From IMG/VR virus record IMGVR_UViG_2548877011_000015: a stretch of 37,974 nt of DNA; one strand, 5' to 3'. Shown here in pieces: positions 9,938 to 19,490 of the stretch. Position 1 is the stretch's first letter, and every line of letters starts with the position of its first letter. Position numbers and translations under genes: made by a program. Below the pieces are notes generated by a model that saw nothing but the letters and a program-made list of their open reading frames with translations, was not told the origin of the DNA and did not search any database. This DNA comes from a virus (Duplodnaviria; Heunggongvirae; Uroviricota; Caudoviricetes).

Positions 9938-10064
9938 CAAACCAAATTATGTGGTTCAAATTCCCGCTACACTTCTGTGTTGCCGCCAGCGTCTACTTAT
10001 CGCTGTGAGTTCAACGGGTGATGATGCGTTAGAGATCTCTGAATCGATTGAAGTCTAAGGTTGT

Positions 10065-10086
10065 CAGGGCTGTAACAGCAGCCCTG
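10065..10086. terminator. perfect 8-bp stem hairpin between convergent genes
   Basis: cagggctg taacag cagccctg between the 3' ends of the 9071..9937 (+) and 10187..10840 (-) genes. Confidence 0.35.
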
Positions 10087-10186
10087 TGTCATGAATGGAT
10101 TGCATATTAATTGACGAAGAACAGACTAATATCATCGATAGCTGTTTTCAAAAATAGACCAATAACAAACTGAGATGTTATCGTAT

Positions 10187-10840
10187 TCATTTCGATGATT
10201 GATCCAGATGTGTATATAACCATTGAAAGAGTTTTCTAATTTTTGTGATAGTATCTTTTAAATAATTTAAGGAGATTATTATATTATTTTCATTGTTTAA
10301 TGAAAGAGTAGGTGTTTTATCAATGATATTTTTTAAGGCTACAGCTGTGCTCATTTTTTTAATGTCTCCATTAGCATGAACTATGCAATTCCTTACTTTG
10401 TTAAACTCTGTCATGAATTGCCACTCTTGTGACAGGCCAAAGTTTATATCCATTAATTTTGTTAAATATCTTTTTGCTTTGTGGATGCCATCACCATTAA
10501 AATCGGTTACTGATATATTGGTGTTTACAATCCTTTGACATATATTGCAATAGTCGTTTAGGTTGTGCTCTAAGCATGAGTATAAAGATACCAAAGCAGA
10601 TTTATTAAAAATATTTGGTTGTATGTTAACTAAGAAATCATATTGCTCTGAATAATAGTCTTCTAAGTAATTAATATAATCGTCAGGAGCATTCTTTTTT
10701 TCATCTTCATATGCTTTTTTTAATTCCGCTAAGTCAACTCTGTTTTGGCCGCCTGCTCCTAGGATATATTTTTCGAAATCATCAATCTGCGCTTCAAGTG
10801 AATATCTTGATAGCTGTGCGAAAAGTTTGTATTTACTCAT
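10187..10840 (-). CDS. hypothetical protein (217 aa) with HEPN-like Rx4H motif
   Basis: ATG at 10838-10840; low-GC; VRNCIVHANG matches the R-x4-H HEPN signature near the C-terminal third; accessory hotspot location. Confidence 0.5.
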   Translation of the reverse strand: MSKYKLFAQLSRYSLEAQIDDFEKYILGAGGQNRVDLAELKKAYEDEKKNAPDDYINYLEDYYSEQYDFLVNIQPNIFNKSALVSLYSCLEHNLNDYCNICQRIVNTNISVTDFNGDGIHKAKRYLTKLMDINFGLSQEWQFMTEFNKVRNCIVHANGDIKKMSTAVALKNIIDKTPTLSLNNENNIIISLNYLKDTITKIRKLFQWLYTHLDQSSK

Positions 10841-11183
10841 CGGTATGCCATTCCTTTTTAATTATAAACCTTTGGATTAAAAGGTGCTGAAAATAGTAAC
10901 TCATTATTTTTGTTTGTAAAGGGGGTATTGTTTTTACTAGATCAAGATAAAACAATGGGAATATCCGCTTTTCGCTCACAGCGGACTTTCATCTTTGTAA
11001 ACCCGTATGATTAGCTTTTCAGCGGTCATTCAGATACGGATTTACGCTTCCCTTGGCTGTGCATGACTATGACGCATGAGATCGCATGATCGTTAGAGGA
11101 TCGTTTTTGCTGAGGCCAGCCAGAACTGGCGTGCTTTTGCTTATGTCGTGCAGGTGCATGAAAACCACTACATAAAGCGGGCA

Positions 11184-11202
11184 GGCGTGGCGGGGATACG
11201 AT
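11184..11202. other. cos-like cohesive-end site
   Basis: ggcgtggcggggatacgat followed by tgcgcgct, compared with the P2 left end GGCGAGGCGGGGAAAGCAC TGCGCGCT as recalled from memory; sits in a GC-normal segment (about 10960-11220) between two AT-rich islands. Confidence 0.5.
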
Positions 11203-11270
11203 TGCGCGCTAGGTATAAGTGTGTAAAATAATTCCAAAATAAATCATCCTAATGAAGTGAGAGGGTAATA

Positions 11271-12920
11271 ATGTTAGTCAAGAAAAATAAAAATTATAGT
11301 TTATATTTTTTAATTACAAATAATCAACAGATATCTGATTCTGGTAATTATATAAAAATAGTCCCATCAAGAAGCGATTGGAATGATTTTGGATATTTGA
11401 GTAGAGTCGAAATATCTATTTTTAATAAAAAAGAGTGTAAGGATATAATTTCACTGAATGGTTATATTGGTTTTTTGAATTCAGAGGAGGAACGAAATGG
11501 AAAAGCAGAACTGATAAGGCGAGTGAAGAAAAAGGAAGAATCTAATTTAAAGGATGAGGGGTTTAATGATTATTTTGTCATGCTTCAGGATATGAATAAT
11601 TATCGAAGACTAGTAAGATTTTTTGGGGTGAATGAATCCAAATATATATTAAATTTCATTAATGATGTTGTTTCTAAGAAAAGTGACGCTAGTGCAGAGA
11701 ATTTGAGGAAAAAAGCAATCTCTTCTGATATCTTTAATAAATCTTTCATTAGAGAGTCTGAGTCGTATTTTACTTTCAAAAATGCAGGAACAGTTCTTTC
11801 CGGTATTCAATATGAGGAGTTGGGTAATTTATCACAGCACATCAAGATTAGCTATTCGAATAAAGTTAATGAAGAAGATGTATCTTATGTTTTTAATTTT
11901 GATCACGAGCATGATTTACCAAAAAGAATTTCCATAATTATAGGCGAGAATGGTGTAGGAAAAAGCCAAACGCTTAGAGAAATCGCATTGGCTGCGATTA
12001 AAGGAAAGGATAATTTGGTGGCTGTAGTTGATTCTAACGGTGTGAGCATTGAAGAACGAATTCAAATTAGTAGGCTCATTGCTTTTTCTCCAACAAATGA
12101 AAGTAAGTGTTCATTTCCAACCGATAAAAGAATAAAATCATTGATATGGTACAAAAGATTGACTTTAAATCGTGAATCAAAATCCAAATTAAACTTGAAT
12201 GATTTAATAGTGCAACTAGCGAGGAGTAACGACGCTATCGGCTATAATCAAAGGTGGAATATATTTGTTGATGCACTGAGTGTTCTAAATAGTAACAACG
12301 ATTTAGTAATCAAATGTAGCGGTGAAAATTCACCATTTGTTAAATTAAATGAGCTTAATTCTCGAGGCGAAGAATCCAGACTATCATTATATTCTGAAAT
12401 TATTCTCTCTGGCGAGCCTTTGAGGCTTGTTGAAAATAAATGTTACCCTTTGAGTAGTGGGGAAATATCGTTTATTAAGTTTTGTGTACAAGTCTGTTTG
12501 TATATTGAGAATGGGACTCTTCTATTAATAGATGAGCCAGAAACACATCTCCATCCTTCATTTATTAATAAATTTATGGCATTGCTTGATAATTTATTAG
12601 AAAAGACAGGCTCTTCAGCTATCATAGCAACGCATTCGGTTTATCTTGTTCGGGAGGTTTTTAAGGAGCAAGTGACAATACTCAGAAGACGAGATGATGG
12701 GGTAATTGTTAGCGAAAAACCGAGATTGAGTACTTTTGGGGCGAATATAGGAAATATCTCATATTTTGTTTTCGGTGAGAGTGAACCAACTCAAATTTTA
12801 AATAAAGTAAAAAATAATATAATTGCAAAGAATATGTCTTGGGATGATGTTGAATCTAAATATAGCGAGGACTTATCACTTAATGTATTAACTGCGTTGA
12901 GAAATGAAATAGGTAATTGA
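11271..12920 (+). CDS. ABC/SMC-like ATPase with N-terminal extension (Septu PtuA-like)
   Basis: 549 aa; Walker A GENGVGKS (~aa 225), Walker B LLLIDEPETHLHP (~aa 417), H-loop ATHS; ~215-aa N-terminal domain of unknown type; GAGGGT SD; low-GC; stop is 1 nt before the next gene's start. Confidence 0.7.
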   Translation: MLVKKNKNYSLYFLITNNQQISDSGNYIKIVPSRSDWNDFGYLSRVEISIFNKKECKDIISLNGYIGFLNSEEERNGKAELIRRVKKKEESNLKDEGFNDYFVMLQDMNNYRRLVRFFGVNESKYILNFINDVVSKKSDASAENLRKKAISSDIFNKSFIRESESYFTFKNAGTVLSGIQYEELGNLSQHIKISYSNKVNEEDVSYVFNFDHEHDLPKRISIIIGENGVGKSQTLREIALAAIKGKDNLVAVVDSNGVSIEERIQISRLIAFSPTNESKCSFPTDKRIKSLIWYKRLTLNRESKSKLNLNDLIVQLARSNDAIGYNQRWNIFVDALSVLNSNNDLVIKCSGENSPFVKLNELNSRGEESRLSLYSEIILSGEPLRLVENKCYPLSSGEISFIKFCVQVCLYIENGTLLLIDEPETHLHPSFINKFMALLDNLLEKTGSSAIIATHSVYLVREVFKEQVTILRRRDDGVIVSEKPRLSTFGANIGNISYFVFGESEPTQILNKVKNNIIAKNMSWDDVESKYSEDLSLNVLTALRNEIGN

Positions 12921-12921
12921 A

Positions 12922-13785
12922 ATGAATAAATTAAAAAGACCTGTTTTTAAAGATTATTCTGCATTTAAAAAACTATCTGCAAATAAGAGATTAAAACATC
13001 ATTCTGTTCTGAATGGACAGGATACATTTATACTTAATGCATATAGATCGTACATAAAGAATAAAGGATATCTTAATGTCAATTCTTGTGGCGTATTGAG
13101 TAACAATATTGCTGAAGCTTTGAAATATTATTATAACAATCCCGCAAAGTGTTTATCTATAATTGATGATATAAGAGCAGCTAATTCTAACTCTCTATGT
13201 CCAATGTGTGGTTCAATGCATAGCGGGACTTTGGATCATGTTTTACCCAAGGAAAACTATCCAGAATTTTCTTTATTCACTAAGAATTTGGTTCCTGCTT
13301 GCAAATGTAATACTTTCAAAAGTACTACTATAGCTAATTCTGCAGGCCATCGGATGCTGCATCCATATTTTGATAATATATTAAAACAAAGATTAATATG
13401 TGCTAATTTTTCTAAATTAGGGCGAACACCTACAATTGATGTAAAAATCATAATTGACCCAATGTCACCAGAATATAACAATGTTAAGTATCATCTTGAT
13501 AATGTTGTTATCAAGAATAATATTAAGGGGTATTTGTCTGAACAATGGGAGTCGTTTTACTTATATCCTGAGCTTGTTATTAGAGGACTGAATAAGAGTC
13601 TTTCTACTTATAGCGATGTATATGAGTTGTTGACTCGCGAGTTGTTGCTGTTGGATGAAAAACATAAAGGTAAAAATAATTGGAATTCGGTTTTTGTAGC
13701 TGGGTTAATTCGACCTGATGTGATTAGGTGGATACTCTGTGAATTACATTTAGGTAACAGAAGTCCAGACGGTCGTCTCATATGA
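12922..13785 (+). CDS. HNH endonuclease (Septu PtuB-like)
   Basis: 287 aa; HNH core CPMCGSMHSGTLDHVLPKENYPEF...NLVPACKCN; tightly coupled to the upstream ATPase. Confidence 0.7.
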   Translation: MNKLKRPVFKDYSAFKKLSANKRLKHHSVLNGQDTFILNAYRSYIKNKGYLNVNSCGVLSNNIAEALKYYYNNPAKCLSIIDDIRAANSNSLCPMCGSMHSGTLDHVLPKENYPEFSLFTKNLVPACKCNTFKSTTIANSAGHRMLHPYFDNILKQRLICANFSKLGRTPTIDVKIIIDPMSPEYNNVKYHLDNVVIKNNIKGYLSEQWESFYLYPELVIRGLNKSLSTYSDVYELLTRELLLLDEKHKGKNNWNSVFVAGLIRPDVIRWILCELHLGNRSPDGRLI

Positions 13786-13795
13786 TTTTTTGCAT

Positions 13796-13821
13796 CTTCA
13801 GCGTGTATCTGCACGCTGAAG
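13796..13821. terminator. 10-bp perfect stem hairpin between PtuB-like gene and Q
   Basis: cttcagcgtg tatctg cacgctgaag, preceded by a T6 run on the + strand; separates convergent transcription units. Confidence 0.4.
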
Positions 13822-13892
13822 AAATTCATAAAAACTGCTGGCTATTAATAACTTTTTTTAGTTGTGTTAAAGAACCTCATTTAGTTATTACG

Positions 13893-14924
13893 TTAAGTAG
13901 CTAGTTTATAACTATCAAATTTAACAATGTTCTCACTTACCAATTTATTTATTTCCATCATTCTTTTTTGTAACGGTATTAACTCGTTACGTACAAACAC
14001 CAGGCTCGCCTTCTCCACATCCCCAAACCCCCCGACATTATTAGGCATAATCCCCATCATTTGCGGTGGCACACGATGCGCCGCCATCATGTCATCCCGG
14101 CTCACGTTCTTGATGTTCAGAAACTCATCCTTCGCCGCGACTTCTGACAACGGGATGATCTGAAGCCCGTCCTTTTTGCCGTTAGGCGAGTACATAAACA
14201 GATTGCGGAAGTTACCTGGTCCTTTGGCGCTTTTCATCGCATTGCGGAGGTTGTTCACATCCTCCTGGTTTTGCGCGGCATCGGTCATGTACATGATGAA
14301 GCCTGCATGACTGCCGTTAATGTAATACTTTCGGCGGAACAGCGTGGCGGACTCGTTGAGCAGGGCTGACGGAATGGCAGAAAGGTAACCTGGCAGGCCG
14401 TAGATCTCCTGGTTGATGTCCGGTTCCATCAGATGAAAAATGCTGCCTTTCGTGAACTGATACGGCTGGGTTGTCATACCGTATTGCACAAACCAGTAGG
14501 TATCCAGGTCTAACCCGCGTCGGGTGTATTTTGCCAGAGCAGGCTCAAGAGCGATGACCTCTCCGAACCGGTTTGTGCGTTTCTCCAGGTAAGCGTTACC
14601 AAATACCAGATAATCCTGCACAAAACGTGAAAAAGCCTGCTGGCTGAGCAGCGGGTGAGGGATGTAGGTACTGGTCAGAATGTTGCACTTTACTGCAATC
14701 GGGGAGCTATGATGTACGGCAGCGCGGAAGGTTCGCGCCAGTCCGTCAAAACTCACTGGCGGCTCATACCAGCGATCTGTCTGTACGCATTCCACATAGT
14801 CCAGTAGTTCACGGCGGTCCAGAACCGGAACGGGATCGCCGAAGCTGAATGCTTCGGCTGAAGCCTGGTTTTTATGCTGGATCTGTTTCGTCGACGCAGC
14901 GCGGTTTTTCTTAATCTTTCCCAT
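13893..14924 (-). CDS. Q: portal protein (P2 gpQ-like)
   Basis: 343 aa; first late gene next to cos on the minus strand; ATG at 14922-14924 overlaps the P stop (ATGA). Confidence 0.85.
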   Translation of the reverse strand: MGKIKKNRAASTKQIQHKNQASAEAFSFGDPVPVLDRRELLDYVECVQTDRWYEPPVSFDGLARTFRAAVHHSSPIAVKCNILTSTYIPHPLLSQQAFSRFVQDYLVFGNAYLEKRTNRFGEVIALEPALAKYTRRGLDLDTYWFVQYGMTTQPYQFTKGSIFHLMEPDINQEIYGLPGYLSAIPSALLNESATLFRRKYYINGSHAGFIMYMTDAAQNQEDVNNLRNAMKSAKGPGNFRNLFMYSPNGKKDGLQIIPLSEVAAKDEFLNIKNVSRDDMMAAHRVPPQMMGIMPNNVGGFGDVEKASLVFVRNELIPLQKRMMEINKLVSENIVKFDSYKLAT

Positions 14925-16690
14925 CAAAAAATCTCCACAATATTGCTGGTATTGGCGGATTCGCCCTGCAGCGGTTCGTTAAACAATGCGTGCATCGTTG
15001 CCCAGGCCAGATCGGCGTGGCTGGCTTCTTCGCTGCGGCTGGCTTCATAGGTTGGGCGGTTGCCACTGGCGGTGGTGGCGCGACGGATTGCCATGAATGA
15101 CTGCGCAATGTCGGTGTGCCCGGCGTCAAACTCCAGACGGCGGTGGCTGATAATGTCGTAGGCCTTGAGTACCAGGGCGTTTTTAACGTTGGGGTTGTAG
15201 ACAAACTCCCGGACGGCAGGAAAGAACGCTTTCACGTTCTCATAAACCCCGTGACCAACGCCGGTCGAGTCGATACCGATGTATGTCACGTTGTACTGTT
15301 CAGTCAGTTTTTTGATGGCATCAGCCTGGGCGCGAAAGTCCATCCCGCGCCACTGGTGACGCTCAAGAATGCGGAACTTGCCGCCCGGCACGGCTGGCGG
15401 AGCCACCACCACGCATCCGGCACTGTCGCCGTTCTGCGTACCTTTTGCCGGGTCATAACCGATCCACACTTCGCGCCAGCCAAACGGGCGCAGGGCCAGT
15501 GCATGAAAATCGGTCCAGACTTCCCAGCTGTCCACCATACACGCCTGCAGTTCGCTGAGCGGGAACACGGACGCGAGATCGTCCACAAACTCGCACATCA
15601 GCAGGTTCTGGTATTCGTCCGGGCTGTACTCCATGCGCAACTGGTCAAGGTCGAACAGGTTACAGCCGCCGCGCACTGCATCTTCCACGGTGACTATCTG
15701 GCGGTACTGCCCGTCTGCGCACAGCAGGCCGGGGGCCAGATTGCTGTGGGACAGGTCGATGTCCACCTTATCGGCTTTATTGCGCCCACGGTTGAACAGC
15801 GCACCGGACCAGAACGGATAAGCACTGTGTGTCAGGCTGGATGGCGTGGAAAAATAGGTTTGTCGCCATTTTTTGTGGATAGCCATACCGGAAGCCACTT
15901 TGCGCAGCTCCTGGAATTTCGGTATCCAGAAATATTCATCCAGATACAGGTTGCCGTGGTAACTCTGGGCCGTGCGGGCATTGGTGCCGAGGAAGTAAAG
16001 CGTGGCTCCGTTAGGAAGCACCATCGGATCGCCTTTCAGCTCCACCTCGACTTCTTTGGCGAAGTCTATGATGTACTGCTTAAAGACGTGAGCCTGTGCC
16101 TTGCTGGCGGAAAGAAAAATCTGGTTACGTCCGGTAAGCAGAGCGTCAATCAGGGCTTCACGGGCAAAGTAAAAGGTCGCGCCGATCTGGCGTGACTTCA
16201 GCAGGTTGCGGATGCGGTTGGTTTTTCCGGCTTCCCACCAGTGGCGCTGGTAGTTAAACATGGAGGAATGGAAGATTTCTTCCAGCTTCTCAATCTGCTC
16301 ATCGGTGAAAACATTCTTTTCCGGCTGACGGCGCGGGCCTTTGTTGCGGTTGGCGACGTTAGGGTTTAAGTCGGCTTCGTTGCCGCCATTGTTAAACTTG
16401 CCGATCCGCGCGTGGCGCTCCGACTGGCGCGCCAGCAGGTCAATTTCTTTGAAATCTTTCCCTTCTTTGTGCTCCTTCATAATGAGCTGGCAGTAGCGTG
16501 CGGCGGTGGTGAGCTGCATCTGATCCAGCGGCCCATAGTCACCCCACTTGTCGCGTTTTTTCCAGCTGTGAACGGTTGCAACTTTCTCGCCCAGCATTTC
16601 AGCAATGCGGGCGACGCGGTATCCCTGAAAGTACAGCAGCATGGCCTGCCGACGGGGATCGAGATCTGCGGGTGTCAGTGTGGTGTTCAT
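14924..16690 (-). CDS. P: terminase large (ATPase) subunit (P2 gpP-like)
   Basis: 588 aa, P2 gpP size and position; divergent from the O-N-M operon. Confidence 0.85.
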   Translation of the reverse strand: MNTTLTPADLDPRRQAMLLYFQGYRVARIAEMLGEKVATVHSWKKRDKWGDYGPLDQMQLTTAARYCQLIMKEHKEGKDFKEIDLLARQSERHARIGKFNNGGNEADLNPNVANRNKGPRRQPEKNVFTDEQIEKLEEIFHSSMFNYQRHWWEAGKTNRIRNLLKSRQIGATFYFAREALIDALLTGRNQIFLSASKAQAHVFKQYIIDFAKEVEVELKGDPMVLPNGATLYFLGTNARTAQSYHGNLYLDEYFWIPKFQELRKVASGMAIHKKWRQTYFSTPSSLTHSAYPFWSGALFNRGRNKADKVDIDLSHSNLAPGLLCADGQYRQIVTVEDAVRGGCNLFDLDQLRMEYSPDEYQNLLMCEFVDDLASVFPLSELQACMVDSWEVWTDFHALALRPFGWREVWIGYDPAKGTQNGDSAGCVVVAPPAVPGGKFRILERHQWRGMDFRAQADAIKKLTEQYNVTYIGIDSTGVGHGVYENVKAFFPAVREFVYNPNVKNALVLKAYDIISHRRLEFDAGHTDIAQSFMAIRRATTASGNRPTYEASRSEEASHADLAWATMHALFNEPLQGESANTSNIVEIF

Positions 16691-16832
16691 GGCACAAACC
16701 TACAGCCTTGAATGACGGCTTTCCCCGCCTGCGGTTTGTGTGGTTGTCGGTACAAATACCGCGCATTGTTTCACTGCCCCCATCACCGCAACCATAAGGC
16801 TCCAGTAAGTTTTTTCTAACGGAGCACGGCTC

Positions 16833-17666
16833 ATGACAGTGAAAGCAAAGCGTTTTCGCATCGGGGTGGAAGGTGCCACCACCGACGGACGCGAAATCCA
16901 GCGTGAATGGCTGGAACAGATGGCAGCCAGCTACAACCCGGCAATGTATACCGCGCTGATTAACCTTGAGCACATCAAGTCTTATCTGCCGGACAGCACC
17001 TTTAACCGCTACGGCAAGGTGACGGCGCTGTTTGCTGAAGAAATCACGGAAGGTCCGCTGGCAGGCAAGATGGCGCTGTATGCCGACGTTGAGCCAACAG
17101 AATCTCTGGTGGAGCTGGTGAAAAAAGGCCAGAAATTATTCACCTCTATGGAAGTCAGCCCGAAGTTTGCTGATACGGGCAAAGCCTACCTGGTTGGCCT
17201 GGCTGCCACTGATGATCCAGCCAGTCTGGGTACGGAAATGCTGACATTCAGCGCCTGTGCAGCCCATAACCCGCTGGCAAACCGCAAGCAGAATTCCGCC
17301 AATCTTTTTACCGCTGCAGAGGAAACGGTGATCGAACTGGAAGAAGTCCAGGATGACAAACCATCCCTGTTTGCCCGCGTCACGGCGCTGTTTACCAAAA
17401 AAGAGCAGTCCGATGACGCCCGGTTCTCTGATGTGCATAAGGCCGTGGAGCTGGTCGCCACTGAGCAGCAGAACCTGAGCGCACGCACCGAAAAATCCCT
17501 GTCTGAGCAGGAAGAACGCCTGTCTGAGCTGGAGACTGCCCTGCAGGCACAGCAAACCGCCTTTAACGAACTGGTGGACAAGCTGAGTCATGAAGACAGC
17601 CGCCAGGACTACCGCCAGCGTGCAACAGGCGGTAACGCCCCCGCTGACACTCTGACCAATTGCTGA
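16833..17666 (+). CDS. O: capsid scaffolding protein (P2 gpO-like)
   Basis: 277 aa, first gene of the rightward head operon; acidic coiled-coil-like C-terminal half. Confidence 0.8.
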   Translation: MTVKAKRFRIGVEGATTDGREIQREWLEQMAASYNPAMYTALINLEHIKSYLPDSTFNRYGKVTALFAEEITEGPLAGKMALYADVEPTESLVELVKKGQKLFTSMEVSPKFADTGKAYLVGLAATDDPASLGTEMLTFSACAAHNPLANRKQNSANLFTAAEETVIELEEVQDDKPSLFARVTALFTKKEQSDDARFSDVHKAVELVATEQQNLSARTEKSLSEQEERLSELETALQAQQTAFNELVDKLSHEDSRQDYRQRATGGNAPADTLTNC

Positions 17667-17682
17667 TGGAGCATAAAACCCG

Positions 17683-18741
17683 ATGAAGAAGAATACCCGC
17701 TTTGCTTTTAACGCTTACCTGCAGCAGCTGGCGCGTCTGAACGGTGTGGCAGTTGAAGAACTGTCCAGCAAGTTCACCGTGGAGCCGTCTGTGCAGCAGA
17801 CGCTGGAAGACCAGATCCAGCAGTCCGCCGCTTTCCTGACGCTGATTAACGTCACGCCAGTGACTGAGCAGTCCGGTCAGCTGCTGGGGCTGGGTGTTGG
17901 CAGCACCATTGCCGGAACCACTGACACCACCGCGAAAGAGCGTGAACCTGTCGATCCGACGCTGATGGTCGATGTGGAATATAAATGCGAACAGACCAAC
18001 TTTGATACGGTGCTGACCTACGCGAAGCTGGACCTGTGGGCGAAGTTTCAGGATTTCCAGGTGCGTATCCGTAACGCCATCGTGAAACGTCAGGCACTGG
18101 ATCGCATCATGATCGGCTTTAACGGCGTGAAGCGAGCGAAAACCTCCAACCGTAGCGAAAACCCGCTGCTGCAGGATGTGAACAAAGGCTGGCTGCAGAA
18201 AATCCGTGAGGATGCACCGGATCACGTCATGGGCAGCACCACCACGGGCGGTGAAATCACACCGGGTGCGGTGAAAGTCGGGAAAGGTGGCGAATATGCC
18301 AACCTGGACGCCGTGGTGATGGATGCGGTCAATGAGCTTATCGACGTGGTCTACCAGGACGATGACGATCTGGTGGTGATTTGCGGTCGTGAGCTGCTGT
18401 CTGACAAGTATTTCCCGCTGGTCAACAAAGAGCAGGAAAACAGTGAAAAACTCGCTGCCGATATGATCATCAGTCAGAAACGCATGGGTGGCCTGCAGGC
18501 CGTGCGTGCGCCGTTCTTCCCGCCGAATACGCTGCTAATCACCCGTCTGGATAACCTGTCCATCTACTGGCAGGAAGACACCCGCCGCCGTTCAGTTATC
18601 GACAACCCGAAACGTGACCGGATTGAAAATTTTGAATCCGTTAACGAAGCCTATGTGGTTGAGGACTACCGCTGTGCTGCACTGGTGGAAAACATCCAGA
18701 TTGGCGATTTTAGCGCCGCTGCAGCCGAAGCCGGAGCGTAA
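17683..18741 (+). CDS. N: major capsid protein (P2 gpN-like)
   Basis: 352 aa, follows scaffold gene; size matches P2 gpN. Confidence 0.85.
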   Translation: MKKNTRFAFNAYLQQLARLNGVAVEELSSKFTVEPSVQQTLEDQIQQSAAFLTLINVTPVTEQSGQLLGLGVGSTIAGTTDTTAKEREPVDPTLMVDVEYKCEQTNFDTVLTYAKLDLWAKFQDFQVRIRNAIVKRQALDRIMIGFNGVKRAKTSNRSENPLLQDVNKGWLQKIREDAPDHVMGSTTTGGEITPGAVKVGKGGEYANLDAVVMDAVNELIDVVYQDDDDLVVICGRELLSDKYFPLVNKEQENSEKLAADMIISQKRMGGLQAVRAPFFPPNTLLITRLDNLSIYWQEDTRRRSVIDNPKRDRIENFESVNEAYVVEDYRCAALVENIQIGDFSAAAAEAGA

Positions 18742-18744
18742 CCC

Positions 18745-19395
18745 ATGAGCCTGAGTCCCGCACGGCAGCATCGCCTGCGCGTTCAGGCTGAACAGGCCGC
18801 CCGTGAGGGCGGCAGCGTTCGCCACGCGTCGGGCTATGACCTGATGCTGCTGCAACTGGCGGAAGACCGCCGCCGTCTCAAGGGCGTTCAGTCCACGGTC
18901 AAAAAAGCGGAAATCAAAGTGGAGCTGCTGCCGAAGTACGCCGCCTGGGCGGAGGGTGTCCTGGCTGCCGGAGGCGCACAGCAGGATGACGTGCTGATGT
19001 ATGTGATGCTGTGGCGCATTGATGCCGGAGATTATGCCGGGGCGCTGGAGATCGGGCGTCATGCCCTGCGTCATGGCTGGGTGATGCCGCTGGGTAACCG
19101 CAACGTGCAGACCGTGCTGGCAGAGGAAATGGCAGACGCAGCGCAGAGCGCAATGCTTGCCGCCACCGGCTTTGATGCTGATCTGTTGCTGCAGACGCTG
19201 GAGCTGACAGACGGTCTGGATATGCCGGACCAGTCACGGGCGCGTCTGCATAAAGCGATTGGTGCTGTCCTGAGTGAAAGCAATCCGGCTTCCGCCCTTA
19301 ATCATCTCAACCATGCGTTACAGCTCGATCCCCGCTGTGGCGTGAAAAAAGACAAACAGCAGCTGGAGCGCAGACTGCGCAATGACAGCCGCTGA
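18745..19395 (+). CDS. M: terminase small/endonuclease subunit (P2 gpM-like)
   Basis: 216 aa, position after N. Confidence 0.8.
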   Translation: MSLSPARQHRLRVQAEQAAREGGSVRHASGYDLMLLQLAEDRRRLKGVQSTVKKAEIKVELLPKYAAWAEGVLAAGGAQQDDVLMYVMLWRIDAGDYAGALEIGRHALRHGWVMPLGNRNVQTVLAEEMADAAQSAMLAATGFDADLLLQTLELTDGLDMPDQSRARLHKAIGAVLSESNPASALNHLNHALQLDPRCGVKKDKQQLERRLRNDSR

Positions 19396-19490
19396 CAGAA
19401 CGTGCCCCCGCGCACGGGCGGCACGGGGTGGCGAAAGGCACTGCCACATCAAAACCCCGTCCACCGCCCTTTATTTCAGGAGAAAGCAGC

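Noticed and set aside
9960-10060. Short GC-normal patch in the spacer between the two convergent unknown genes, possibly a remnant of a displaced gene.
   Set aside because: Too short and without an ORF or recognisable motif; cannot be distinguished from ordinary intergenic sequence without comparison to related prophages.
15116-16195. 359-aa ORF on the + strand inside the terminase gene P, and many other long antisense or out-of-frame ORFs in the track (e.g. 870..1145, 17563..18225, 31662..32450, 33524..34335).
   Set aside because: They lie entirely within well-supported genes on the opposite strand or another frame in GC-rich DNA, where spurious open frames are common, and have no RBS or recognisable motifs.
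19395-19490. GC-rich palindromic stretch after gene M (cgtgcccccgcgcacgggcggcacgggg) as a terminator.
   Set aside because: The stem is imperfect and no U tract follows, and L is expected to be co-transcribed with M; left unannotated.
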